Origin: a virus
Taxonomy: Duplodnaviria; Caudoviricetes
Length of the DNA stretch: 56,483 nt
Strand: one strand, 5' to 3'
Virus record (IMG/VR): IMGVR_UViG_3300024520_000087
Coordinates: 1-56,483 of that record
Both the position numbers and the translations under genes were made by a program. The notes under the pieces were generated by a model. The model was not told the DNA's origin and did not search any database. It saw only the letters and a list, made by a program, of their open reading frames with translations. Of the stretch, positions 35,265-44,927 are shown in pieces. Numbering within the stretch: the stretch's first letter is position 1; every line of letters starts with the position of its first letter.

Positions 35265-35932
35265 GTTTTATAGACGATTTGGTAAATGCAGGTTACATTG
35301 GGTATCAAGGATGGGGAGAGGCTGAAGCAGCGGCTGATTTCCAGGCTACTGGTGGAGCAGGAAAAGAAGGTGGCGGAGGAGGGGGCGGTGGTGGTGGCGG
35401 AGGAGGGGGAGACTTTGGAGCACCATTTAACTTTAACTGGGAACAAGCAGAGACTGATGCTCTTGAGAAACTAAGACCTTACTATGAGGAAGTATTAGCT
35501 GAAGCCAAAGGTGACGTTGAGCGCGCCAAGAAGATTATCGAAGAGGACTATTCCACAGGCAAAAGATATAGAGAAGAAGATCTTGGCACTGCTCAAGCTG
35601 GTTTTGCATTAAGTGAACCCAGAGAGAAAAATGTGATGCTTGAGGATTTGAACCGAAGAGGCCTCCTTAAGAGTACTGTTAGAACTGAAGATCAGGATTT
35701 TCTAAACACCAAGCAACAAAGAAGGAGAGAAGCAATTGAAAGAGCCACTCAAAGAAAAGGAGAATTAGCTGGAGTAGATCGCGCACGAGGCATTGAAGAA
35801 ATAGACATTAAATTCCCAAGATTTGAAAGAGACTTAGGAGAGGAAAAGAAAGAGAGAGCGGCTGCAATGGCTGGTCAACAGTTTACTAGAGATCAATCTA
35901 AATTCTTAGCAGAAACAAGTAGATTCCTATAA
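35261..35932 (+). CDS. Putative ejection/internal virion protein
   Basis: Poly-Gly linker, helical, L.RRGLL.S motif, podovirus position. Confidence 0.6.
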   Translation: MSFIDDLVNAGYIGYQGWGEAEAAADFQATGGAGKEGGGGGGGGGGGGGGDFGAPFNFNWEQAETDALEKLRPYYEEVLAEAKGDVERAKKIIEEDYSTGKRYREEDLGTAQAGFALSEPREKNVMLEDLNRRGLLKSTVRTEDQDFLNTKQQRRREAIERATQRKGELAGVDRARGIEEIDIKFPRFERDLGEEKKERAAAMAGQQFTRDQSKFLAETSRFL

Positions 35933-37134
35933 TGGCACAATTTGAAGACATACAAAACCAATTGGCTCAAACTCGAAAAGACTATGGTCAGCGCGTAGCT
36001 GATTATCCAACTTTTGAGAAAGATTTACGTAAAGAAGTATATGGATCAGATCAAATACTTCCAAAACTAAGATCTCAAAAAGACCAAGCATTAATGGAGC
36101 TTTGGAATGCGGACAAGAGACTTTCTGATCGATACGCCAACCCAGAGAGTGAAATGTTTATTAGAGATCCTTATAAGAGAGAGTCAGTCACTTCAGATCA
36201 ATATGGAGGGATCCTTGAGGGACTCGCAGGAACTACTCGCCTCGCTGAACGTCGAGAAGATATGTTGGGGGATATCCTAGAACGTGGTGTGAAGATATTT
36301 GAATTAGGATTAAGCGCTAAATCAAGAGAACACGACATGCTTAGGGGTGAATTAGACGCAATGCTTAAACAAGCAGATATGGCTGAAAAAAAAGCGGATC
36401 AAGCTCAAGCCACGAGTAAAGAGGAGTCAATAAACGAGATAATTAAGTACATTATGTCTGACGTTGACATAACAGACCCAAATGAAATAACGGAAACACT
36501 AAAAGCTGTGGGGAGCCAGCAACCAGAAGTTATTCCTGATCTGATTGGTTTTCTAGGAACTCTACCTAAACAACAAGAAGGGCCAATAACAAGCATTGAA
36601 GACGCTCACACTAAGTTCAGCACTGGAGCTGATAGGAATAAATTCGCAGAACACCTAGATTACTTGTCTGAGTTGAACCAAATAAGGTCTGGTTTTACAG
36701 AAGCTGATGTAAGCAGTAATTTCCTTGCAAATCTATTTGAAGGACAAACGGGACCACTGTCAAGTTTGGCTGGTCAAAAAATTGGACCACAAGAGTCTAG
36801 AGAGCTTAGGTCTAAGTTGGAGGGGTACAGAACTAAAGTCAGAAAAGGACTATATGGTTCTGTGTTGACAGAGAGAGAAATACAAGAAGCCAAGAAATAC
36901 TTACCAGGCACGGGAGTACAAGAGGGTGAAAACTTAGTGAGGATAGAAACACAACTCCAAGAAAAAGAAACCAACCTTAAAAACTTCTTGCTGGCTAATG
37001 GTTTCTCAATGGATGAGGTCGAGGTGATTCTAGAATACACAAAAGCTGGAACCAACGAAGACGCCTCGGACCTTGAGGGTATTATTCCAGGAAGTTATTT
37101 AAATGAAGCTGATTCTTTATTAGGAGATTTTTAA
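35932..37134 (+). CDS. Putative ejection/internal virion protein
   Basis: Helical, R..LYGS.LTE.E...A..YLP, position. Confidence 0.6.
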   Translation: MAQFEDIQNQLAQTRKDYGQRVADYPTFEKDLRKEVYGSDQILPKLRSQKDQALMELWNADKRLSDRYANPESEMFIRDPYKRESVTSDQYGGILEGLAGTTRLAERREDMLGDILERGVKIFELGLSAKSREHDMLRGELDAMLKQADMAEKKADQAQATSKEESINEIIKYIMSDVDITDPNEITETLKAVGSQQPEVIPDLIGFLGTLPKQQEGPITSIEDAHTKFSTGADRNKFAEHLDYLSELNQIRSGFTEADVSSNFLANLFEGQTGPLSSLAGQKIGPQESRELRSKLEGYRTKVRKGLYGSVLTEREIQEAKKYLPGTGVQEGENLVRIETQLQEKETNLKNFLLANGFSMDEVEVILEYTKAGTNEDASDLEGIIPGSYLNEADSLLGDF

Positions 37135-37135
37135 C

Positions 37136-38872
37136 ATGGAAGATATTTCAATATTATCAAGACTTACACAAAACAGAAAGAGAATTGTTAGTCAATTCAA
37201 AACTGACGCTAGAGAGCGTGGTTTGTCTCGTGACCAAGCCACTCAAGAACTCGCGGGTAGACTTAAACAATGGGATGAAGGTGAAGGTTTTTGGACTTCA
37301 TTGGGTAGAGGTCTTGTTTCTCCTTTTGTTGAGACTGGAAGAAATATAGCCACAGCAGGAGTGGAATCTGCAAGAGCACCCGTGCTTGCAGCCCTGTCTA
37401 AAACAGACCCAGAAAGAGCTGCTCAGCTCGCTCAACCCCTTTCTTCTTCCAAGTTGGCGCCCATTTTTAAGAGCGAAGCGCAAATGGAACAAATAGGTGA
37501 AAAACCAGGTAGAGCTTTATATGAACAAGGTGTTAAGCCAAGTGCTGGTGTTGCTTCTTACGCCATACCCTTTGGGAAGGGAGCAAGTCTTCTCACCAAA
37601 GCAGCGGTTCCTGGAGCAGTATCTGGAGGATTACAAAGCCTTGCGCAGACACCAGAAGAGGCCGATCTTAAAGAAACGCTCACAAGTGTAGGTCTTGGAT
37701 CGGTTGTTGGTGCGGTAACTGCAACTGCATCTGCAAAACTAAGTGAATACGCCAAAGGTAAAATAGCCAAAATGGCACAAAAGAGAGCAGCTCTTAAACA
37801 ACAACAGCAAACTGGTTCATGGAAACCATCTGACTTTGGAAAAGGGGATTGGACTCAAGAAAACATTCTCAAAAGAACTGGAACTCGGCTAGTCGCAGGA
37901 CAACAAGACGTTCCTGCTGGAATGGGTAGAGCAACAAACCAAATGGAAACAGCCAGAAAGATGGCGGATTATGGATTAGCCAATGCTGACAATTGGCCTA
38001 GTGCTGCTAATACAATTACAGGAAGAGATGGTCTTATTACAAAAGTAACTCGCAGAGCCGTAGGAAAAGCAGATGATGTTGTTATTGACGGTTGGTTAGA
38101 CATGTCAGATGATCTCTTAATCAATTCACCCGAGATTGGTGCTTCCAAACAAAAAGGAGTAAAGGCATTCTTTAAAAACTTACTAATGAAAACAACTGGT
38201 GGAAGTAAAGGAAGTCTCAATCCTAAAGCAGATCCTACGGATGTTTTTGAGGCTATCCAGATTCTTGAAGGTAAGGCCGCAAGCATTAAAGGAGGAAGAC
38301 CTTCTTGGAGTCTAACCACAGAAGACAAAGCAATGATGGAGGTTTATCATTTAATGGCCGATGAGCTAAAAGATAGACTCTTTATAGAATCAGGAGCTAA
38401 TAACCAAATAATATCGTCTCTTTCAAGGGCTGACATTGCTAAACTAAAATCGATCTCTCCTAACCTATATGATGACGTTGCTGCCGCCAAAACAGTCAGT
38501 CAATTAAGAAACGTTGCTAAACCTTTTGTAGATGCCCATAAGCTCTTCAAAGAAGGAATAGCTACTGGTAGTTCACCGTTTTATCAACTAGGTGGGGGTA
38601 AGCCAAAAGGTCTCGGTAAGCTCGCTGGAGGGTTTGCCAGAGGGCTTCCTTTTGCTGAATCAATCCTTGAAAGTAAACCTGTCACTTCAGGGGCTGGACA
38701 AGCACTCAGGAATATTGGTAGTTCGTCTTTCGCGTCCGTCCCAGGTAAGATTTCTGGTGCGGTTACATCGGGAGCTTCAAAAGCGGCTGGTGCTTTGGGA
38801 AGGGGCACAAAAGGAGCAGCCATTCTACCTTCGTTAATAATGGCAGCACAACAACAACTTAGAAAACGTTAA
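37136..38872 (+). CDS. Putative ejection (DNA transfer) protein
   Basis: Ala/Gly-rich hydrophobic helices, position. Confidence 0.6.
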   Translation: MEDISILSRLTQNRKRIVSQFKTDARERGLSRDQATQELAGRLKQWDEGEGFWTSLGRGLVSPFVETGRNIATAGVESARAPVLAALSKTDPERAAQLAQPLSSSKLAPIFKSEAQMEQIGEKPGRALYEQGVKPSAGVASYAIPFGKGASLLTKAAVPGAVSGGLQSLAQTPEEADLKETLTSVGLGSVVGAVTATASAKLSEYAKGKIAKMAQKRAALKQQQQTGSWKPSDFGKGDWTQENILKRTGTRLVAGQQDVPAGMGRATNQMETARKMADYGLANADNWPSAANTITGRDGLITKVTRRAVGKADDVVIDGWLDMSDDLLINSPEIGASKQKGVKAFFKNLLMKTTGGSKGSLNPKADPTDVFEAIQILEGKAASIKGGRPSWSLTTEDKAMMEVYHLMADELKDRLFIESGANNQIISSLSRADIAKLKSISPNLYDDVAAAKTVSQLRNVAKPFVDAHKLFKEGIATGSSPFYQLGGGKPKGLGKLAGGFARGLPFAESILESKPVTSGAGQALRNIGSSSFASVPGKISGAVTSGASKAAGALGRGTKGAAILPSLIMAAQQQLRKR

Positions 38873-38873
38873 T

Positions 38874-40034
38874 ATGGCAATGTGGCAAGATATATCAGAT
38901 TTATTTAGATCGGGGGCTAAGAGGTCTATTGGTTTTTTGACCAACGATCCTAGTTTTGATGAACCCGTAGCCGCTCAGAAAAACACTCAGGCAACCTTAG
39001 AAGGGAAAGTAATTGAACAAGGCAAACAAGACTTGAGAGATTTTGTTCAACGACAAGGACGCAGTCAACCTTTTCAAAAAAGTGGAGGAGCAGCCGCGTC
39101 TCTGGGACAACGAGTGGCGTCTATTCCAGAGTTCTTGAGAGTTTTGGGAAAAGGAATCCCCCATCAAGTTCCTTATTCAGACAAGCCAGAACAGAGATTT
39201 ATAGGAGAGGAGAAATTGCTTCCTTTTAAAAGTGATCCCAACAAATTCGCTGTCAGACCTAATGAAACGATTTTGGAAAGTATTGCTGCTCTTATGTCAC
39301 AGGGGTTGGATCAATTTATGAGTCCTGCAATGGCCACCAAACAAAGAGCCAGGATAATTAAGGATTTATTCAAAGAGGAAGTAACAGGACCTATATTCCA
39401 AAATTTAAGAGAAAGTCCCGAAGCTGAAATGCTTAGGAAGTTCGAGCAAACAACTGAGTCTACGAAAAAAAGAAGGAGTTTGGTTCCTGAAGTTAAAGCA
39501 GCCAGTACAGAACAAGCTCCAGAGGTCCCAGATCAACCTGGTTGGATGTCGAACAAGGCTGCAATAAGGGCGTTGGAGACTGGAGAGAAAATTGTAGACT
39601 CACCAGTGGGAGAATTCTTGAATCAAACACAACACCCAATGGGAGCAATATTCTCTAATTTAAGTCCAGAGGAAAAGGAGCTATTCACCCAATCCAGGAA
39701 AAAGAAACTTACAGAACTCACGTCGGCAGAACGCAAGGTGGAGGCGAAGGTGTCTCGAAACATTCCCAAGATTGGCTTAACATCCCCACAAACAGTAGGA
39801 CTAACAAGTGTCCCTTTATTTAAGGGAGACAAGGGGTTTAAGCTTCCAAGTAAGATAACGAAAGAGACAGTGACTAAGATAGGTAAAACGGGTAGGCCTT
39901 TATATGAACATCTCGTTGAAAGAGCAACATTTGACCAAAATCCAGCATTATTAAAGAAGATCATTGACGTCATGCCTAATGTCGCAATGAAACCTCACTA
40001 TGCTAGGTATTTAATTAACATGCTAGCCAATTAA
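38874..40034 (+). CDS. Putative ejection/internal virion protein
   Basis: Position and composition only. Confidence 0.5.
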   Translation: MAMWQDISDLFRSGAKRSIGFLTNDPSFDEPVAAQKNTQATLEGKVIEQGKQDLRDFVQRQGRSQPFQKSGGAAASLGQRVASIPEFLRVLGKGIPHQVPYSDKPEQRFIGEEKLLPFKSDPNKFAVRPNETILESIAALMSQGLDQFMSPAMATKQRARIIKDLFKEEVTGPIFQNLRESPEAEMLRKFEQTTESTKKRRSLVPEVKAASTEQAPEVPDQPGWMSNKAAIRALETGEKIVDSPVGEFLNQTQHPMGAIFSNLSPEEKELFTQSRKKKLTELTSAERKVEAKVSRNIPKIGLTSPQTVGLTSVPLFKGDKGFKLPSKITKETVTKIGKTGRPLYEHLVERATFDQNPALLKKIIDVMPNVAMKPHYARYLINMLAN

Positions 40035-40035
40035 T

Positions 40036-40287
40036 ATGACAACAACTAACGGAAAACTACTAGAGAGAGTCGCAAAACTTGAACAACGTGTGGAAAGTGA
40101 GCTCGCAAACATAAAGAAAAGCATAGATGATATTAAGGATAACCACCTTCACACACTACAATCAGACGTAAGCGACTTGAAAATTAAGCTAAATACCCTT
40201 ACAGTGAAAGTATCAGCTATTGTCGCCATAGCAACAGTTACAGTGAACATTGTTTTAGAAGTGGTATTTAGGTTTCTAATCAAATGA
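40036..40287 (+). CDS. Coiled-coil plus C-terminal TM lysis-associated protein (XhlA-like)
   Basis: IKDNHLH motif, C-terminal TM, directly before the endolysin. Confidence 0.6.
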   Translation: MTTTNGKLLERVAKLEQRVESELANIKKSIDDIKDNHLHTLQSDVSDLKIKLNTLTVKVSAIVAIATVTVNIVLEVVFRFLIK

Positions 40288-41129
40288 GTTTAAATAAAAA
40301 ATGGGTTGGGAGCCACCCCAACAACTACATGGTTGGTAGGAATGGTCGAACCATTTCCTTTATTGTTCTTCATTGGATAGTTGGTACATTGGAATCCGCA
40401 GACTCTACTTTCGCCAACCCCGACAGAATTGCTTCAGCAACTTATGGTGTAGGTGGCGAGCAAGTTCATCAGTATGTTAAAGAGGAAGACACTTCATACG
40501 CCAACGGCAACTGGGAAAAGAATTTAACTTCAATATCCATTGAACACGAAGGTGGACAATTACTTGCTGACGGCAAAACAAGAATGAAACCTTCCGACAA
40601 AACACATGAGACGAGTATTAAATTGGTAACCGAGCTTTGCAAGAAATATGGTATCCCAGCAGACAAAGATCACATACTTAAACACAGTGATGTAGGAGAC
40701 AAACCAACACAATGTCCTGGGACATTAGACATAAACAAAATCATTAGAGAAGTAAAAAAGAATCTAGGTGAACAAACAACATCTCCAGTAAGACAATTGA
40801 TCACTGATATACTTTTAGCCCTTAAGGGAGAGACCAGTGAAAACGAGATAGATGCTTGGGAAAAGAAATTCACCAACCCCAAAGAAATGATCGAAGAGTT
40901 GTTAATGAATGACGGTACTGTCAAAAAAAGATGGATAGAAAGTCCCATGAACGAGGCAATTAAAAATTGTAACGAAAATTGGCAGTCCCAACTAAACACT
41001 GCTAACCATAAGATAATCGAAGTACAACAAACAGTATCAGAACTGCATGACCGAAAGGTCGAAGACTTTGACTGGCGAGTACTATTAAGACTTACATGGA
41101 AGAGGTTTTTAAATAGAGGAGGTGATTAG
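40284..41129 (+). CDS. Endolysin, N-acetylmuramoyl-L-alanine amidase (Amidase_2)
   Basis: IVLHW, SATY, QYV.E, N..SISIEHE, ILKH, T.CPG. Confidence 0.9.
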   Translation: MSLNKKWVGSHPNNYMVGRNGRTISFIVLHWIVGTLESADSTFANPDRIASATYGVGGEQVHQYVKEEDTSYANGNWEKNLTSISIEHEGGQLLADGKTRMKPSDKTHETSIKLVTELCKKYGIPADKDHILKHSDVGDKPTQCPGTLDINKIIREVKKNLGEQTTSPVRQLITDILLALKGETSENEIDAWEKKFTNPKEMIEELLMNDGTVKKRWIESPMNEAIKNCNENWQSQLNTANHKIIEVQQTVSELHDRKVEDFDWRVLLRLTWKRFLNRGGD

Positions 41130-41130
41130 T

Positions 41131-41358
41131 ATGGCGAGTAAAATTTTACTTAGCAAACAAGGAAGACTAATTAGTGAAGATCTTAAAAAGATTGGGACTG
41201 GTGCTCTTATGGCGGGTGTCGGTGCATCACTCTTTTATTTATTGGACGGATTAACGGGTGTTGATTTTGGAGAACAATGGACTCCGATAGTCGTTGCCAT
41301 TCTAGGAATACTTTCCAACACGGTAAGAAAGGCGGCGTCTGAAACGAATTACAAGTAG
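41131..41358 (+). CDS. Putative holin
   Basis: Two TM helices, basic C-terminus, after the endolysin, GGAGGTG RBS. Confidence 0.7.
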   Translation: MASKILLSKQGRLISEDLKKIGTGALMAGVGASLFYLLDGLTGVDFGEQWTPIVVAILGILSNTVRKAASETNYK

Positions 41359-41362
41359 GGGG

Positions 41363-41391
41363 TTGATTTGGGCTTAGTTTGTCTATAGAAT
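41363..41391 (+). promoter_or_regulatory. Sigma70-type promoter; leaderless start
   Basis: GGGGG-TTGATT-N17-TAGAAT, ATG at 41399. Confidence 0.7.
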
Positions 41392-41398
41392 GAGACAA

Positions 41399-41623
41399 AT
41401 GGATGTATCTGAGCTTTCTTCATCAGAACTAAAACAGGTAAGACTTGACAGACTGAACGAACTCTATAGTGTTCTCACTGACATTTACTCTCTTCAGGGA
41501 AATGTTGCTATGAATAGGGCTTATCTCGACGGTGTCCCTGTAACAAAAATTGCTAAATGGTTTGACGTTTCTCCACAAGTTATCCGCAAAGTTCTTAACA
41601 AATTTAAGAATACAGATGACTAG
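41399..41623 (+). CDS. HTH DNA-binding protein
   Basis: AYLDG.PVTKIAKWFDVSPQVIRKVL. Confidence 0.7.
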   Translation: MDVSELSSSELKQVRLDRLNELYSVLTDIYSLQGNVAMNRAYLDGVPVTKIAKWFDVSPQVIRKVLNKFKNTDD

Positions 41624-42053
41624 TCAAACCGAAGAAGAAATAAAAGAAGAACTCGAAGAAGCTCTTGGTTCTGGAGAAGAAGAGAAAAAAGTTAAACCTA
41701 CTCCATCCAAGGCTGTTCCTGGTGCAAGTGCTTCAACAAATGTAAGGATGTGGGTCGATGAATATGCTGTTGATTTCACAATGAATGGGAAGACAGACAG
41801 AGAAGTTTTTGAAAGGGCTCTTAAGGTAATTGATGCAGCAAAAGAAAGAGGATGGGAACCTTCATGGAAAAACGACACTGTAGTGTCATCACAAACATCT
41901 CCGCAGACTGCACCAAGTCAACCAGGGGATGTCCCAACATGTCCAACACACAATAGACCCATGAGATCGTTCGATGGACGTTACGGCCAGTATTACAAGT
42001 GCACAGCTAAATTAGATGATGGAACTTGGTGTAATGAGAAGGGTAAAAAATAA
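41616..42053 (+). CDS. Hypothetical protein with a C-terminal zinc ribbon
   Basis: CPTHNRPM...GRYGQYYKC...WC. Confidence 0.65.
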   Translation: MTSQTEEEIKEELEEALGSGEEEKKVKPTPSKAVPGASASTNVRMWVDEYAVDFTMNGKTDREVFERALKVIDAAKERGWEPSWKNDTVVSSQTSPQTAPSQPGDVPTCPTHNRPMRSFDGRYGQYYKCTAKLDDGTWCNEKGKK

Positions 42054-42129
42054 TGACCTCGTATTGCTCCGTTTCCAAAGGTCAACCAGGTCATGTAGGA
42101 CATTCTAATCAAAAAACCAAGTAAATATC

Positions 42130-42198
42130 AAATTAAAGATTGAATAGCGTGGGTGATTGTTGGGCAGGCTTCCATTCACGCTATTGAGTTTTTAATTT
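42130..42198 (+). terminator. Long hairpin/terminator
   Basis: AATAGCGTG (42143) pairs with CACGCTATT (42177), with A/T-rich flanking arms. Confidence 0.55.
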
Positions 42199-42286
42199 AA
42201 ACTCCCTCAGGAAGAGTGTAGAACTTTAGGTTTCACACCGAGCGTCTTAGACAATTCGGGAGGACATTTTTCATGAGTTTTAATTG

Positions 42287-42316
42287 TTGACAAGAAAGGC
42301 TTTAGTCTCCTAAGAT
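42287..42316 (+). promoter_or_regulatory. Sigma70-type promoter for the replication gene; leaderless start
   Basis: TTGACA-N18-TAAGAT, ATG at 42324. Confidence 0.75.
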
Positions 42317-42323
42317 GTACATA

Positions 42324-43064
42324 ATGCATAGTGATAAGTTTCCAGGCTTCCCTCGTGAGTTAGAAAAATCCTATTGGCAATTCCCCACAATAATCAACGG
42401 TCACGCACATTCTCTGACTGGTGCTGAGTTTAAAGTATTGTGGTATATTCTCCGCCACACATTTGGATGGCAAAAGACTACAGACAGGCTTTCTTTGTCT
42501 CAAATTTGCAACGGTATCAAGAAAAGGAATGGAGAACATTTCGACAAGGGGACTGGTTTGTCAAAACCTTGGGTGATAAAAGCAACAAAGACACTTGAAA
42601 GGAAAGGATTCATTAAAGTCAAAAGGTCTAAAGGGAAGTCCAATGAGATCACTTTAATGATCACTGGTAAAGAAAATAAACCAGTTAATAAAGTTAACCA
42701 GAACCAGTTAAGAAAGTTAACCAGAACTGGTAAAGAAAGTTTACATACAATAGATATTACCAATAGAATACCAATAAAAGATTCCGACATTGCTCCGAAA
42801 AGCAAGTCGGGCTCTTGTCCTAATAAACAAGAAACTCATAAAGGATGTATAGAGTTTATTGATTCTTTTGCAGAAAGCCGTGGTGTTAAATTTGCTAACT
42901 ATCCTAAACAGATAAATGGTTTACATAAGTTATTAAGAGCTGGTTATACGTTTAGCCAAATAAACAAACAGATTGACGTTATGGAGAAGAAGAAGTTCTG
43001 GATGAGTAATGGTTTCGATTTAATGAACGTTGTAAATGAAATAGGAAAGGGAAGTTATGGCTAG
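42324..43064 (+). CDS. Replication initiator (lambda O-like N-terminal wHTH)
   Basis: LTGAEFKVL.YI.RHTFGWQK..DRLSLSQ...GTGLS...V..A...L..KG.I, with internal iterons. Confidence 0.85.
   Translation: MHSDKFPGFPRELEKSYWQFPTIINGHAHSLTGAEFKVLWYILRHTFGWQKTTDRLSLSQICNGIKKRNGEHFDKGTGLSKPWVIKATKTLERKGFIKVKRSKGKSNEITLMITGKENKPVNKVNQNQLRKLTRTGKESLHTIDITNRIPIKDSDIAPKSKSGSCPNKQETHKGCIEFIDSFAESRGVKFANYPKQINGLHKLLRAGYTFSQINKQIDVMEKKKFWMSNGFDLMNVVNEIGKGSYG
42663..42747. repeat. 23-bp tandem iterons; probable replication origin
   Basis: AACCAGTTAATAAAGTTAACCAG (42679), AACCAGTTAAGAAAGTTAACCAG (42702), AACTGGTAAAGAAAGTTTACATA (42725), partial copy at 42663. Confidence 0.75.
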
Positions 43065-43398
43065 AAGGAAAACGGTTGAAGAGAAACCCAAGAAACAAGT
43101 TCCGACCATTTCTAAGAAAGAATTTGCTCAAAAGTGTGATACATGGGATCTATACTACGAGAAAGCACGTGATACTAAGGCTGCAAAAAGATTCAGAGCA
43201 CAAATGGAAGCGTGGAAAAAGGGAAACTTTGTCCTTGTCCAGCAGTTTGCCGATAAAGCACGAGAACAGACGGAGAACCAAGAGTGGGAGTTAGAGGTTC
43301 CGCCGTTTAAAGATCCACGTGCACAAATAAGGAGAGGGGAGATTGAAATAGAAATAGATATCATTTCTTATGCTAAGGATGTGTTTAGTACGAATTAA
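43057..43398 (+). CDS. Hypothetical protein
   Basis: Coupled to the initiator gene. Confidence 0.6.
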   Translation: MARRKTVEEKPKKQVPTISKKEFAQKCDTWDLYYEKARDTKAAKRFRAQMEAWKKGNFVLVQQFADKAREQTENQEWELEVPPFKDPRAQIRRGEIEIEIDIISYAKDVFSTN

Positions 43399-43614
43399 AT
43401 GCCACAAATAAAAGAAAAATTAAAGGCGGTTGTTGTAGAAAGAGATTCCACAATCACGGAAAAGAATTCCGCAAAAGAATCTCACGCTATAAATTTATTG
43501 GTTCGCTTATTGGATAAAGCAGAAATATTTCAATACGAGGAAAGAGTGAGAATCATTGCAATAATTGAAACCCTATTAGATAAATCGCCGAATAAGCCGA
43601 GTAAATGGAAATAG
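43399..43614 (+). CDS. Hypothetical protein
   Basis: Adjacent ORF. Confidence 0.55.
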   Translation: MPQIKEKLKAVVVERDSTITEKNSAKESHAINLLVRLLDKAEIFQYEERVRIIAIIETLLDKSPNKPSKWK

Positions 43615-44003
43615 TTAATAACTCACACGGATGGTATGAAACATTAATCGACGAGTGTAGACAAATCCTCACCGAGCATGTATTCCTTTCCAACTGGACT
43701 CTCATCGAAGGTTATTGGTCTTTGGGGCGGAGAATAGACAAAGACAAACATCGATTAAAACGTCACGCCGTGACGCGAATTGCAAAGGATATGGGCAAAA
43801 GCAGACGAACAATTGAAAGAGCTGTTCAGTTTTACAAAAAGTATCCCGACCTTAATTTGTTACCAGAAGGTAAAAATACTTCATGGCACAGGATAGTAAA
43901 CAAGTATCTTCCAGAAACATCAGGCAAGACCGAAAAGAAAGAGAAAAAGGTAAAATGTCCCAACTGTTCCTTTGAATTCAGCCCCCTGTTGACACACGAG
44001 TAG
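43605..44003 (+). CDS. DUF1016 N-terminal-like HTH protein with C-terminal CxxC
   Basis: LI..YW.LG.RI...IAKDMG.S.R......QFY..YPD...SW..I. Confidence 0.7.
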   Translation: MEIVNNSHGWYETLIDECRQILTEHVFLSNWTLIEGYWSLGRRIDKDKHRLKRHAVTRIAKDMGKSRRTIERAVQFYKKYPDLNLLPEGKNTSWHRIVNKYLPETSGKTEKKEKKVKCPNCSFEFSPLLTHE

Positions 44004-44017
44004 AGTAATGATATTTT
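43989..44017 (+). promoter_or_regulatory. Sigma70-type promoter
   Basis: TTGACA-N17-TATTTT with TG extension. Confidence 0.5.
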
Positions 44018-44134
44018 AGGTAAGTTACCTGTTTGGGCATGAAAGAACGTTTGAACCAATGTTGCTTAAAAACTTCTACAGAGGCTTTGCTGCATCCATG
44101 TTGGCCGCTAAAGTGGGTGATCAATAACCCCCCA

Positions 44135-44163
44135 TTGACACAAGTGGTTATTAATAATAATAT
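44135..44163 (+). promoter_or_regulatory. Sigma70-type promoter; leaderless start
   Basis: TTGACA-N17-TAATAT, ATG at 44171. Confidence 0.75.
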
Positions 44164-44170
44164 TATCTCA

Positions 44171-44335
44171 ATGAGCGCATTTTCAGTACCACTAGGGACA
44201 ACTTTCTTCAATAGAGTCCAGGCTCTTTTTTATAGGGCAATCAACTGTAATCACGATGGGCAATTCCATCTCGACGTGGGAGACGAAGATCATATTTATT
44301 TTTATTGCTTTCGCTGCTTAAGGAGAACAAACTAA
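44171..44335 (+). CDS. Small hypothetical protein (CxH...CxxC)
   Basis: ATG 7 nt after the -10 box. Confidence 0.55.
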   Translation: MSAFSVPLGTTFFNRVQALFYRAINCNHDGQFHLDVGDEDHIYFYCFRCLRRTN

Positions 44336-44547
44336 TGGACACAATACAAGAATTACAAAGAGCAGCCATGGAAAGTGCAACCAGGGCCATTGTAGAAATG
44401 ATCGACAAACACTTAGCGACGGTGAAGTTTAAAGGAAAGAAAGACAAGGTTTATGAGAAAGGATACAAGGATGGGTTGAAGGAATTAAGGGAAATACTGG
44501 AAAGTTATCTGAAAGGAAAATCAAACGGAAATGGCAAGCGTAATTAA
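44335..44547 (+). CDS. Hypothetical protein
   Basis: TAATG coupling, AAGGAG RBS. Confidence 0.6.
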   Translation: MDTIQELQRAAMESATRAIVEMIDKHLATVKFKGKKDKVYEKGYKDGLKELREILESYLKGKSNGNGKRN

Positions 44548-44737
44548 TATAAAAAAAATCAACTTGGTCTACGAAGACGGTAGTGAAGCAACGCTCACAG
44601 GAGAGAGTGCCACGTCTGCTGCTAAGGCTATGTTTTCTGGAACCCAGACATTTAATCAAGACGATTGGGAGCTTAGGGGTGGTGTTCCCAAAAAGAAGGG
44701 TTTATTGAGAAAGATACTTAATTTTATAAAAGAATAA
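44531..44737 (+). CDS. Hypothetical protein
   Basis: Overlapping ORF in the run. Confidence 0.55.
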   Translation: MASVINIKKINLVYEDGSEATLTGESATSAAKAMFSGTQTFNQDDWELRGGVPKKKGLLRKILNFIKE

Positions 44738-44738
44738 T

Positions 44739-44927
44739 ATGTTAAAAGGAATTATTTTAGTACTCATAGGTTTCATTTCGTACTCAGCAGTGATGTTCAT
44801 TTATTCTGAGGGTTTCAAAAAAGGTGGCCAGGTTCAAAAGAAAGAAAGTAGACAAAGATGCCGAAAGAATTTAAGTAAACGAAGACAAGCAAAAAAAATT
44901 AGACGTAGGAAAGGCGGTGATAAGTAA
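44739..44927 (+). CDS. Small membrane protein with a basic tail
   Basis: N-terminal TM helix. Confidence 0.55.
   Translation: MLKGIILVLIGFISYSAVMFIYSEGFKKGGQVQKKESRQRCRKNLSKRRQAKKIRRRKGGDK

Noticed and set aside
35368-35411. G-rich run resembling a second guide array
   Set aside because: It has a 3-nt period and encodes an in-frame poly-Gly linker.
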